DNA of 31,755 nucleotides from Ginkgo biloba. Taxonomy: Eukaryota; Plantae; Ginkgophyta. The position numbers and the translations under genes were made by a program. Below, piece by piece: positions 13,851-24,534 of the stretch. Below the pieces are notes generated by a model. The model saw nothing but the letters and a program-made list of their open reading frames with translations, was not told where the DNA came from and searched no databases. Positions within the stretch are counted from its first letter, which is position 1, and every line of letters begins with the position of its first letter. The stretch lies in contig JANKJI020000004.1 in NCBI GenBank assembly GCA_024626585.2, forward strand, positions 41,610-73,364, in the 5' to 3' direction.

Positions 13851-14456
13851 TTACCATCTCCTCAACCACATGCATTTATTGTTTTCATCTTAACGAATTT
13901 AAAGAGAGGTGCAAATGTCCATCCTCAAGCAGCTACAATGAGTTATTGAGCTCTCACCTTCAAAACAAGACCAAAAGAAGCGTAAGCATGTAAACTGCAA
14001 GGTTTTTATGTAAAGTCAAAGTGCAATGTATAAATCTATGTTGTTATTACATGTGGGCATGATGTGGATAAATAAGAAAAACAAGTGCCTCTTATTAAAG
14101 ATAAATAATATCTAGAGAGTGGTAAGGAGAATGAAAAATAAAAAAGAGCAAGATAGTTTAAATTTTGCACATGGAAATGATAGAATGGACGACATAAGAT
14201 ATTGTTTAATGATGGAATGAATTTCAATTTAAGGAAGTCATTACAAGTCCAATAAAATTACTTTTACTAGAAGTAATTTTAGTGGAAGGAAGACATAGTT
14301 ACTCGCAGCATATTAGGGCCTTATCATAATTAAGGTTTTGTTAGGGTATTATGAGACATAAGCAGTTTTATCGTCTGGAGCCTATATTTACGAGGGAGAA
14401 ATGAATGGATTTAGTAGAGAAGAATGCGTAGAGGGCAGACGACGGGCCAAAGGATG

Positions 14457-14826
14457 CGTCAGATTTGGCTTCATCTGAACGTTGTTTTGCTGTGTACGTC
14501 AAAAAGCAGAGGGATATTACGTCAGGACAAATGGCCATGGACGATGAATGAATGGATTGGATTGGATTTTCTTGCTTATTTTTGGAGCTAATTTTGATAA
14601 AAGAAATTCTTATGGCTATTTTGACTGGGTCTGATTAATCCATGGATGGAAGGAGAGAGAAGGCATCGAGATCGATCCGACAAGTCTGCAAGGTTTGGAT
14701 GGTTGCAGGGATAATGGTAGTTGGTTGACGACTGGCTTTCGTCATGTCCATCCACATTTAGATGGTCATCTGAATTTTGGAGACTCTGATCTGGTACAGT
14801 TTTTTTTTTCCTTGATGAAATCGTCA
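14457..14826. promoter_or_regulatory. Cluster of six TGACG/CGTCA (TGA-bZIP / as-1 half-site) motifs
   Basis: CGTCA at 14457, 14497, 14520, 14740 and 14822; TGACG at 14726. The pair at 14726 and 14740 forms the inverted repeat TGACGA-N7-TCGTCA. Confidence 0.4.
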
Positions 14827-16035
14827 GCCCATTTACGCTACGATGTAAGCAATGTCAGAAAACTCTAAATCAGAATTACTTCAGAGATCAGTACCATTGG
14901 CAAATAGGAGTCCTTGTACCTTTGGTGAAAGATATATGGCCGCTGTATTTTGGTTTTCTTGATTTTCAATGAATAACATTAACGGTATAAAACAATGTTA
15001 TGAGATTGCAGCGTGATCTATTTCCCAGCAAAGATATGGGGGGAGCCTGGTATAAAACTCCTTTAGTCGTAGTTTCCAAATCCAGAGAACTCATGTTTCT
15101 TTGAAACGTCCTTTTTGGTGACAGACACTACAAAAAAAAAACGATGTATTTAATTCAAAGAGCTCAATCTGATCAATTATTTCTTGAATCCATCAGTCTA
15201 TTGCAACTCCATTTCCAATCACAAAACACTTTGGCCGAATTATAAAGCATGAGAATACGATGTTTCCACAGGGATAATTTTCTGCATTGGCCCAAAACAT
15301 AAATTACCATGGTTTTAATCCACTTTGCTTCAAATAAGCAGGCACAGGAAAAGTAGAAACAATACAACGAGGGCAATAATTCCCTCCGACTTCTTATAAT
15401 TATCGAAAAATACAATAAAAACCATACGCGTATTCGTACCAGTCAGGAAACATAACTTCCACTGAGAGGCGGAGAATGGCAAATAGTGAGAATGACAATG
15501 AGTAAAATTAAAGTAGATATTCTTACGTAGGAGCCAAGACAGCGCCGATTACCGCGGGATAGATATACCACACCAAACGCACAAACAGCCACACTAGAAA
15601 ATTGGCAGTAGCCAAATCGAAATGACTAGGAAACCCCAATAGCCTCCGGTCCGTCAGTTGGGCAAAACGAAAAATCCATTTGCAGGCCATACAGAAGAGT
15701 ACACCATCAATAATTTTATTTTTCTTTAAACAACCCATTACAGAAATATTAACAAATAATAACCTTGATCTTTTTATCCCTGGTTGCGGTATATATCGGA
15801 CCTACAACAACTAATATGTATGCACAAAATTAAACTCGACTGTCTTATAAAACAAAATGATCAAATCTGATCTGAAAAATCGAAAAAAAAATGGAGTTTT
15901 CAGTTGCCAATATCGCAGCTGGCAGCAAAGTTTGACGGCCACCATCGCTAAACAAACAATTGCTCGTCACAAGGTAGAGAGTTTGAAAGTCGGACAATTA
16001 CAGTCCAAAAAACAATACCAGCATATTACAAACAT

Positions 16036-16345
16036 GAATTAGCGTTCCCGAGTAGGCGATGGAAACGACGTTTCAATAACGATTTATTCATCCAGAAATT
16101 CGGGTATTCGAGCACGATTTTCAGAAAATTGCTTCAAATTACTGTCATGAAAAAAAGAGTGCATTATGGAAATCAGTATTCCTGAGCAGACAGTAGGACA
16201 AAGTATAATAATTAACTAATTTCTAATCCTGAAAAATCAATTACATATAAGTTCTCAGACAATTGGAGTCAAATATTTACCACAAATATTATAACTAGTA
16301 TACAGAAAATCGGCGTTCCCAAGTAGACTGTAGGAACAAAGTGTT
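16036..16345 (+). repeat. Degenerate ~135-bp tandem repeat (three anchor copies)
   Basis: TTCCCGAGTAGG (16045), TTCCTGAGCAGACAGTAGGACAAAGT (16179) and TTCCCAAGTAGACTGTAGGAACAAAGT (16316), spaced 134 and 137 bp. A second anchor, TCAGAAAATTG (~16121) and TCAGACAATTG (~16255), has the same period. Confidence 0.6.
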
Positions 16346-16672
16346 GTATTCGACCTNNNNNNNNNNNNNNNNNNNNNNNNNNNNNNNNNNNAAGAAACGA
16401 AAAAGAAAACTGATCCGGACCTAGACTTGACAGGAGAATCAAGCACACTTCCAAATCAGCGAGTCTCGATATATTCACACAACAAGTTATTGATCAGTAG
16501 AAGCAAAGAATTATTACTACACACACTGCTCTGTTCAACAAATTCTAAAACAAACTGTAATTAACCACTGGCCTTATGACCAAATAAATAATAAATCCTA
16601 GACTCTAGAGGCTCAAACATGGGCAAAACAAACATGTATAGACCATTTTTTCCTTCTATGGGCGACTATAGG

Positions 16673-16745
16673 GTTGCACACACAGAATGACTCAAGATCC
16701 ATTGAAATGTTACAACACACAATGACTTACAAATCCCATTGGAAT
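16673..16745 (+). repeat. Degenerate ~36-bp tandem duplication downstream of the TCP-derived ORF
   Basis: GTTGCACACACAGAATGACTCAAGATCCATTGAAAT followed by GTTACAACACACAATGACTTACAAATCCCATTGGAAT. Confidence 0.7.
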
Positions 16746-17163
16746 GCTCTGCGATGTACCACGAATCATCGCTGCTAATTATGGAGCGATACTAACTGTT
16801 TCTTCAATGAATCGCTATGGATGAGATCATGCTAACCATTAAATAACTTGGTTTCCGCAACTGATAGGCACATTAAATCTGCATCCAGACAGACCTGTGA
16901 GCAACGTGGAACCGAATGAAGAAAATGTTGTTGATTAGACTAGTGCTCTCCCTGGCATTAAATGACCAAATGGTTAGCCGGCAATACGTATAGTCTGATC
17001 ATGGACTCTCAGCATGATCAGTGAGCGAAATCCACTCAGCTATATGTAAAACATAAAACTGCAAAATCATGAGCAATCAGGTTGCACCAATGTGCAACTA
17101 GTCAGTGTAAAATGTCAATTAAAACACTTCCATGTACTGCTGCAGGAATTATATGAAGTTTGT

Positions 17164-17679
17164 CTACTGAGAATTTGCAGCTTGGTGATCGTCTACTGAT
17201 CTATCTGTGCTTTGCTGATTGACAGAACCAGGCATGGATGGATGTTCGGAATTCATTGCGCGATTATTGTAGGCATTAAGCGCAGCCAGCATTCCCAGAT
17301 GACCTTCGCCTGATCCCGATCCTCCTAACCCTAGGCCGCTTCCTGATAAGTGCTGGGATCCTTGCTGCAACAACATGGAACCAAAAGGAACATGTCCCAA
17401 ACGTGAGGATCCTTCATGGGTTCCTGAAAGATTGATTCTGGGCATAAACTGAAGCCCACTGGATGCACTGATTGGCGATTGATTGCTGCTGATATTATTG
17501 TTTGATCTTGAACCAGGGCCGCTCAGGTGAATTGCGGTTCCTGTCGGCATACGATACATGGTTGTCGCAGTAGAGCCCGTGGGGGGGAATGTCCAGATTG
17601 GCTCCGATTGCGGCCCGGCCATCAAAGCTGGAGTATTAGAGCTAGCGGTCACGGGCAACATCCAAAAAGCTCCTGGCAT
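17164..17679 (-). CDS. TCP: 171-aa open ORF corresponding to the C-terminal region of a class I TCP transcription factor (TCP8/22/23-like), without the TCP domain
   Basis: Collinear class I TCP C-terminal motifs: GAFWMLPV, IWTFP, GLQFMPRINL, GSMLLQQ, GLGLG...EGHLGMLAALNAY. GC-richer than surroundings, intronless. The family call is strong; translation is unproven. Confidence 0.7.
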   Translation of the reverse strand: MPGAFWMLPVTASSNTPALMAGPQSEPIWTFPPTGSTATTMYRMPTGTAIHLSGPGSRSNNNISSNQSPISASSGLQFMPRINLSGTHEGSSRLGHVPFGSMLLQQGSQHLSGSGLGLGGSGSGEGHLGMLAALNAYNNRAMNSEHPSMPGSVNQQSTDRSVDDHQAANSQ

Positions 17680-17920
17680 GTGACCATTTCCGCTATTTGG
17701 AGATACCTGGTGGTGCAGGTGCTACGGCCCACATGGCCGCTGGCATGGACATCCCTATAGGGCTAGACATCTCGGATTGTCTCTGCTCAACGTCTCAAAT
17801 TATCTCTGCATAACGCTTCTGAGAGGTTTGGCGGCCTTCCGGATGGCCCTCCTTGAACAGATCTTAATCCCTCACCAATCCCGCCCCACCATCGCCTATG
17901 TCGGAGGGGTCATTATTCAA
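17164..17920 (-). pseudogene. TCP: 5'-deleted, disrupted class I TCP gene (TCP domain absent)
   Basis: Upstream of the ORF one frame reads LNNDPSDIGDGGAGLVRD*DLFKEGHPEGRQTSQKRYAEII*DVEQRQSEMSSPIGMSMPAAMWAVAPAPPGISK*. TAA at 17866-17864, DLFKE at 17863-17849, TGA at 17797-17795, MWAVAP at 17734-17717. A frameshift near 17700-17710 precedes SPNSGNGHMPGAFWMLPV. No KDRHxKVxGRxRR basic region was seen in any called bases. Confidence 0.8.
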
Positions 17921-18060
17921 ATTTCAGGTGGAAAGAGGGAAACTCTCGCAACTTCTCGAAAGCAATTAAATTCGATTAAAATTTATTTTTTAATCAAAGG
18001 CGGTGCATTAAACAGTTGACTAATTTTCTCTCTCCCATCTCTTTCTACAAAACTTGAAAC

Positions 18061-18109
18061 CTGCAACAGCGAAACCACGTGATAAAGGGCGAATAAAATT
18101 TATTATTAG
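18061..18109 (-). promoter_or_regulatory. Putative intron 3' splice acceptor with branch-point-like motif; contains a G-box
   Basis: Minus strand: CTAAT (18109-18105)...TTTCGCTGTTGCAG|GTTTC with the AG ending at 18061, matching plant consensus TGCAG|G. CACGTG at 18076-18081. Confidence 0.45.
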
Positions 18110-18375
18110 AGTTATTATTGTGTCAGAACATTCGAGTGCAGTTATAGTATATTATTTTTTTAAAGGGCTACATATTTTTTTTCGGGGGTGGAATTAATTC
18201 CATGGGCTGTCATTTTATTTTATTATAATATTTTTGTCGGACCCGATTTTTTTTTTCAATTTTATTTTTTTTTTTNNNNNNNNNNNNNNNNNNNNNNNNN
18301 NNNNNNNNNNNNNNNNNNNNNNNNNNNNNNNNNNNNNNNNNNNNNNNNNNNNNNNNNNNNNNNNNNNNNNNNNNN

Positions 18376-18462
18376 TACATACATACATATATATGTGTGT
18401 GTATGTGTGTATGTATGTTTATATCTTTGTGTGTGTGTTCTATTAATATATGTCAGAGAGAG
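18376..18462. repeat. Compound microsatellite (TACA/TA/TG/GA)
   Basis: TACATACATACATATATATGTGTGTGTATGTGTG...AGAGAGAGAG beside a 100-N gap that is preceded by poly-T. Confidence 0.85.
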
Positions 18463-21400
18463 AGTTGTAAAAAGAATATATTAATAATAAATTTTGTAAA
18501 TAGGAATTAAAATTAATATAAGAAATAATAGTATAACCTTGATATTAAATGTCCCCATTAATCAAATAATGAAATATCAAATAAATGTTGGAGTATAATC
18601 ACCTTGATTTCAAAATATATAAAACCCTAAAAGAAAGTATATCAATTATTCCTCTCAGCATCCTCCTAAAAATTATTAAAACTGTTAAATAAATCTACAT
18701 CCTACAAGTTATAGAAACTGATTGTATGTGAATTACATCTAAATTTAAATATTTATGTTAGCGACCCTTTAATTTATTCTCCTCATCACTCACTCCATTG
18801 CATTAACCTAGGGTTTCTTTAGTCATATTTTTAACTACTAAAGGATCTAAATTTTGGTGTAGTTTATACTATGGAACCCCTATCTATTTTGGTTTGAGTC
18901 TATCCCAATTTGACTGTAGTTATTACCCATTAATCTATCTTTTATTTCTAATCATTGTTTTTAGTTTTTGTTTAACATATTATTTGGTGTGGCTTCTATG
19001 TGTTTCCTTCTCTACATCTTCTTCATTTTACTATGGCTTCCATGCCTTCATCCCCTATTTTGGTGTTCCTTCCCCTATTTACCTCCAAAATAAGATTTTG
19101 TAAAACCTAAAAGAACCAAGTTAGGATAGTGGTAAGATATTGGAATAAATGAATAATATTAAAATGAGTAGAATAAGACAAAATAAAAGAGCCTTAAGTT
19201 AATTTAACATCATTAACAACCTCATAGTAGAATATGCCTATACTACCCAAAATCATTAACCACATAATCTAAAGGTGATAGGATAATATGTAAATGAATG
19301 AAATAAAATACTATGAAATCATAAAGGTTTAGAAATTGAAATAAGGTGTTAAGTATTAAGTACATCTAGAACTAACCCACACTACAAGACAAGTATTAGA
19401 AATAATAATTAAAGGAAATTTGGACAAATATTTCTTGGTCCCCTTTAAGAGATAAAAGAAGCCTTAAAATACGTAGACTCTATACAAATAAATTAAATAT
19501 ATACCTTATTTAGTAATAAGGAGTTATTGGTCACCTTCATAAACATCTAGTATTAAAATAAATTATAAATTTTTAATCTACTAAACTAAGGCAACCTCTC
19601 AAATAAAGAAAGCCTATGAATACTTAGGGTGCAAGGATGGAAATAATAGTTTTAGTATTAGCTAAAGAATCACTTAAAACATAGGAAAACATTTGATCAT
19701 CTAAAAGAGGTCCTAATGCCATCAACAAATTTGCAACCTTAAGGGTATTTGATCCTTATCTAAATGATTTAAAATGTACATCATACTTAGCTAAATGATT
19801 TATAAAATCCTCATATTATATCATGATTAATTCACTTACATATCATTATAGGATCCAACAAAAATAAACTAAAAGAAAAAACAAAAATACACATGTAGAA
19901 GCATTAAGGCATATGCTCTTGAAAAGTCTAAAAATGCATTATGTATTTCAATAGTTATTTTCATTTAAANNNNNNNNNNNNNNNNNNNNNNNNNNNNNNN
20001 NNNNNNNNNNNNNNNNNNNNNNNNNNNNNNNNNNNNNNNNNNNNNNNNNNNNNNNNNNNNNNNNNNNNNNNNNNNNNNNNNNNNNNNNNNNNNNNNNNNN
20101 NNNNNNNNNNNNNNNNNNNNNNNNNNNNNNNNNNNNNNNNNNNNNNNNNNNNNNNNNNNNNNNNNNNNNNNNNNNNNNNNNNNNNNNNNNNNNNNNNNNN
20201 NNNNNNNNNNNNNNNNNNNNNNNNNNNNNNNNNNNNNNNNNNNNNNNNNNNNNNNNNNNNNNNNNNNNNNNNNNNNNNNNNNNNNNNNNNNNNNNNNNNN
20301 NNNNNNNNNNNNNNNNNNNNNNNNNNNNNNNNNNNNNNNNNNNNNNNNNNNNNNNNNNNNNNNNNNNNNNNNNNNNNNNNNNNNNNNNNNNNNNNNNNNN
20401 NNNNNNNNNNNNNNNNNNNNNNNNNNNNNNNNNNNNNNNNNNNNNNNNNNNNNNNNNNNNNNNNNNNNNNNNNNNNNNNNNNNNNNNNNNNNNNNNNNNN
20501 NNNNNNNNNNNNNNNNNNNNNNNNNNNNNNNNNNNNNNNNNNNNNNNNNNNNNNNNNNNNNNNNNNNNNNNNNNNNNNNNNNNNNNNNNNNNNNNNNNNN
20601 NNNNNNNNNNNTTTTGCCATTTCTATTAAAACATGGAGTACACATGTTGGCACACAAGCACTTTCGTTCTAAGACCGATAGGAGATTCTCTTAAAATTAT
20701 TTTCCCAAATCTTATGGTAATTTAAATGGGAAGGGGTCTTTAGGTTTTAGGTTTTCCCATTTGTTTGAATCAATCAAAAGAAAATGGTAAGATCTATGAA
20801 TCTCCTTATAGTATTGGAGGTTTGAGCACCCCCTCAAGGATGATTAAAAGTGAACGACATTATTAAATAGCTAATGATTAGGGGTGAAATCCAACTAAAT
20901 GACAATTACCTATCCATTATTGAACTATATAAATTCCTAATTTTTCTAGAAAAAATCTAAAGAAATATTTTATTCATTGGAGTAATATACCCTAGTGCTA
21001 TTAATGGTCTTAAGAAAATAGGGTCATGTTAAAGCTAAAAAATGTATACTTGTGAATAATGAAGGGATCAATATTCACTACTAATATTATTAGGATGTTA
21101 GAAATATAATTATAGACAATCAAAAGAGCAAATTATTATTCCAATTCATATTAAATAGTATTTTGGAAAAATAATCTCAAGAATGATATAACAAGGAGAA
21201 TGTATAAAATCAAGACACATAAATCCTAGATATTGTGCAATAATATCATTCCATATATTGTATTAATTATAATTAATACAATTATTATCTTCCTAAATTA
21301 ATAAAATGGAATTTCATTGGAAAATGTCCAAGAAGAACTTCCTTCAATGTCATTTCCTACATTTCCACTGAGCAAACTTGGATTTTATGGAAACATGTAG

Positions 21401-22554
21401 TCATTAGACCTTGAGGTTTGTATTTGTTACATGAGTTATCTCATCTTTTACTTATGGTGAATTATAATCCTTGGTTAAGTTAAGAGGAAATTTATCTTGA
21501 GTAAATTCCTCATTAGATAATTCAATGACTCTTTCCTCCTAGAGAATTAATCATTAAGAGTGATTGGGGAATTACAACAATGGTAACTTCCTTCTAATGC
21601 ATAAATTCAAATGTTAATAATTAATAACCATGCATGCAATTTTTAATCTATAATGGAGTCATTACAAGAGTAAAATTCTCATTTGATCCTAACAAAGGAG
21701 AATCCTCTACATAGGTCTAAAAAGGAGATTCTTAGCATTAAAACTCTACTAGNNNNNNNNNNNNNNNNNNNNNNNNNNNNNNNNNNNNNNNNNNNCATTG
21801 CCCAATTGATGACCAAAGAACATCATCAAGATTAGTGCCACATGATCAAGTTGGAAGTGACACACTATTTGAGAGATTGATGGTTGGAGGAAGAAGGCTA
21901 AGAGGCCATTGATTTGGTCTTAATATGGATATCTTCTTGTTTTCTTTCCCTTCTTGTTAGTATTTTGTATTACAACATTTATATATTTCTTACTCTATAT
22001 AATTGAAAGGAGATTTCAGTAGCATTCCATGTCCAATTTGTTCATGTATGATGTGTCGAGATTATTGATGTGTGGCTTGATGATTGAGCTAACTAAATTT
22101 ATTTGTTGGAATCTTGTTTGAAGTGTTATAGGTGTACATAAAGTAATTGGTAGATTTTCAACAAATTGATATGCTTAATAACTCACCCCTTTTATCCACC
22201 TCATCCTTCCATTCCACACATATTTACTTAGTTTCTTATAGTAAGATAGGTTTTCCATACTTTGTACAAACAAAAATTATGACCATACTAGGCATATCCT
22301 TGTATATGTTTCCTTTTCTAATCACTAATTCATTAATTAGGATATTTCTTTTCTTAAGTTTATTTTTAATCAAAAAATTTAAATTTTAAAAACTTGTATT
22401 TTTAGTTTCACATTACTTTGACCATCTTATAGGGGATAGTTTCCTATATCATTTTTACAAGAAAATTCATATGTCTTTGGCAACTATAGTTTTGCAAATT
22501 CCACCTTGTAAAAATGTATCAGGGGTATATGTTAGAAAAAATATAAGATGAGAA

Positions 22555-22572
22555 ACTTTGATACCATATTAG
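22555..22572 (-). mobile_element. Degenerate tRNA-Met PBS and adjoining LTR terminus (minus-strand LTR element)
   Basis: Plus-strand ACTTTGATACCA-TATTAG resembles GCTCTGATACCA-TGTTAG with C>T/G>A changes. Confidence 0.5.
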
Positions 22573-23629
22573 ATATTAAGAATCAAACTTAATAACATTA
22601 TATTTTGANNNNNNNNNNNNNNNNNNNNNNNNNNNNNNNNNNNNNNNNNNNNNNNNNNNNNNNNNNNNNNNNNNNNNNNNNNNNNNNNNNNNNNNNNNNN
22701 NNNNNNNNGATTTGCTCGATTTAACTTTGAATAAAAAAAAAAAAAAACAGGCTGTAATATGTCTCTATAAGCATTTGGCCAGAAACAGAAATTGAAGCAC
22801 AATAAACCATATTGAGGGTATCATTAAATTGTTGTTCTGAAATTATATATGTTAAGATCATTTCATTTTTGGTTTGTCAAATACGATTATTCCATATGAA
22901 ATTCTCTCTTGAAGGACGGTTGCTCAATCCTAACCGATGAGGTGTTACTTCATGTTAAACAATCAGCCCCCACAGTTGGTTAAGTCTTCCTGTTAGAGAA
23001 CTGAACAGAAGGATCCCAACTTATGATTCAACTGATGGGTATAGAAACAAATAATAATGCTGTTGGACTCAAAGTGGCCATATATTCAATGCCATTAGTC
23101 ATCATGGTAAGCCTCTTCTCTCCATGAAGCTGCTCATCACCAATATGCATAAAAAAATGAAATACAAAATGATTTGGGAATGATTTACTCAACAAAGTAA
23201 TTGATTAAATTTTTAGTATGTAAAGTTAATCATGAACTCCAAAATAGAAAATTTTAAATTTTCTAATTGCACAGTGTGATCTTCCTTTCTTGCACTAGAA
23301 TGTCTCTTCGCTCCTTATTCTTAGGTGATATAATTTAAGTACAATTTTATCCTTGTGATATCTTTCCATATTAATATGACCCCATTTATGGGTCAGCATG
23401 GAGGAAATAATCCATCACCAAGAAGCTTGAGAATTTGTTGGACTTCATCAACCCAAATTCCATGTCACAGGGAAATGAACCCATGTCAAGCCAGTTGATC
23501 CTCATGAAGTAATCCATTGGTCCACAGTCAATTGAAAATCTTGATAAATTAAAAAATAAGGAAAGTTATAGGCACCACTCTTAAGGATAATAAGGAGAAT
23601 AGGGTAAGGAAAGATAGAACGAGGAATTT

Positions 23630-23990
23630 AGTCTTTCCCCTCATCTCAATATGCCATAAGCCAGTGATCCTATGATGGATCTTCTCCTCCTAGTTGAGGA
23701 CCAATAATGACATGATGGACCAACATGTTTTCTTAATTTAGAGAAATAAAATATTGAACAACCAAGNNNNNNNNNNNNNNNNNNNNNNNNNNNNNNNNNN
23801 NNNNNNNNNNNNNNNNNNNNNTAGCATCTGCTTTTATCATCATCCTGCCTAGTTTCCAGGAACAAAATTTGCCCCTTTCCCATTTATGCGATGGGGCCCA
23901 AACCTATTTTATGAAACATATCCTCCACCTATAAACCTACACATAGGTACCATTTCATCAGTCATCCCCACTAATCATCTACTGGTTAAT
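23630..23990 (-). mobile_element. Degenerate Ty1/copia RT/RNaseH 3' fragment with PPT
   Basis: Minus: GYV (23923-23915), frameshift, IGLGPIA*MGKGQ (consensus GYVFxLGSGPISWSSKKQ). KHVGPSCHY at 23730-23704 (consensus RTKHVEIDCHY). PPT-like TTGAGATGAGGGGAAA at 23649-23634. Confidence 0.65.
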
Positions 23991-24182
23991 CAACGATCAC
24001 TGCTAACTGACCCTAATCATGTTATGTACAATAATTTATGAGCTCCAAATGTCCATCACATTCTTATGCTTCATTCTTGTCCCATATATGAAGATGAGAA
24101 ATCTGATCTCCCTTAATCTTATGTAGAAGTAGAACTTCCACCTTCCCTTGACCACTCTAAATAAGATAACCACATGGTAATC

Positions 24183-24534
24183 AAACCTTCGATTGACATT
24201 GACTTAAAAATTTCCTTAGCACCCAAGATCATTAAATTTAGGGCCACTGCCTCACCNNNNNNNNNNNNNNNNNNNNNNNNNNNNNNNNTGAGTTCTCTAA
24301 GATATTTGCTTGGGAGTACCTAGATATGAATTTTATGGACCTTGATGTCATATCACACAATATCACTATGAATCCTGGGACAAAGCCCATCAAATAAGGC
24401 CAACATCCTGTCAATTCAAAAAAAATGGCAGTTGTTAAGAAGGAAGTTGAAAAATTAATCAGAGTTGGCTTTATCATGTCCATTAATTATCCTTAGTGGA
24501 TCGATAACATTGTTCCAATCAAGAAGAAAAATAG
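24183..24534 (+). mobile_element. Degenerate Ty3/gypsy (Tat/Ogre-like) pol fragment, N-terminal to and start of RT
   Basis: From 24290: EFSKIFAWEYLDMNFMDLDVISHNITMNPGTKPIK*GQHPVNSKKMAVVKKEVEKLIRVGFIMSINYP*WIDNIVPIKKKN. This matches DIFAWSYxDMxGIDPxIxxHxI...KPVKQ...EVEKLLxAGFIxxxxYPxWIxNIVPVxKKNG. Two in-frame stops. Confidence 0.9.

Noticed and set aside
15523-15738. 71-aa hydrophobic minus ORF (and 15173-15415, 15857-16042)
   Set aside because: No recognisable homology; composition is consistent with U-rich non-coding sequence.
16938-16956. miR408-like match (TGCTCTCCCTGGC) in the 3' UTR
   Set aside because: Needs two gaps and mismatches at the miRNA 5' end; fails plant targeting rules.
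17693-17706. GT...AG micro-intron that might repair the frameshift
   Set aside because: Only 14 nt long, and removing it does not restore the frame.
17726-17732. Class I TCP binding-site-like GGCCCAC inside the TCP relic (possible autoregulation)
   Set aside because: It is simply the codons of the conserved M-W-A motif.
17527-18019. Plus-strand ORFs 17527-17760 and 17777-18019
   Set aside because: Antisense shadows of the GC-rich TCP sequence with no recognisable motifs.
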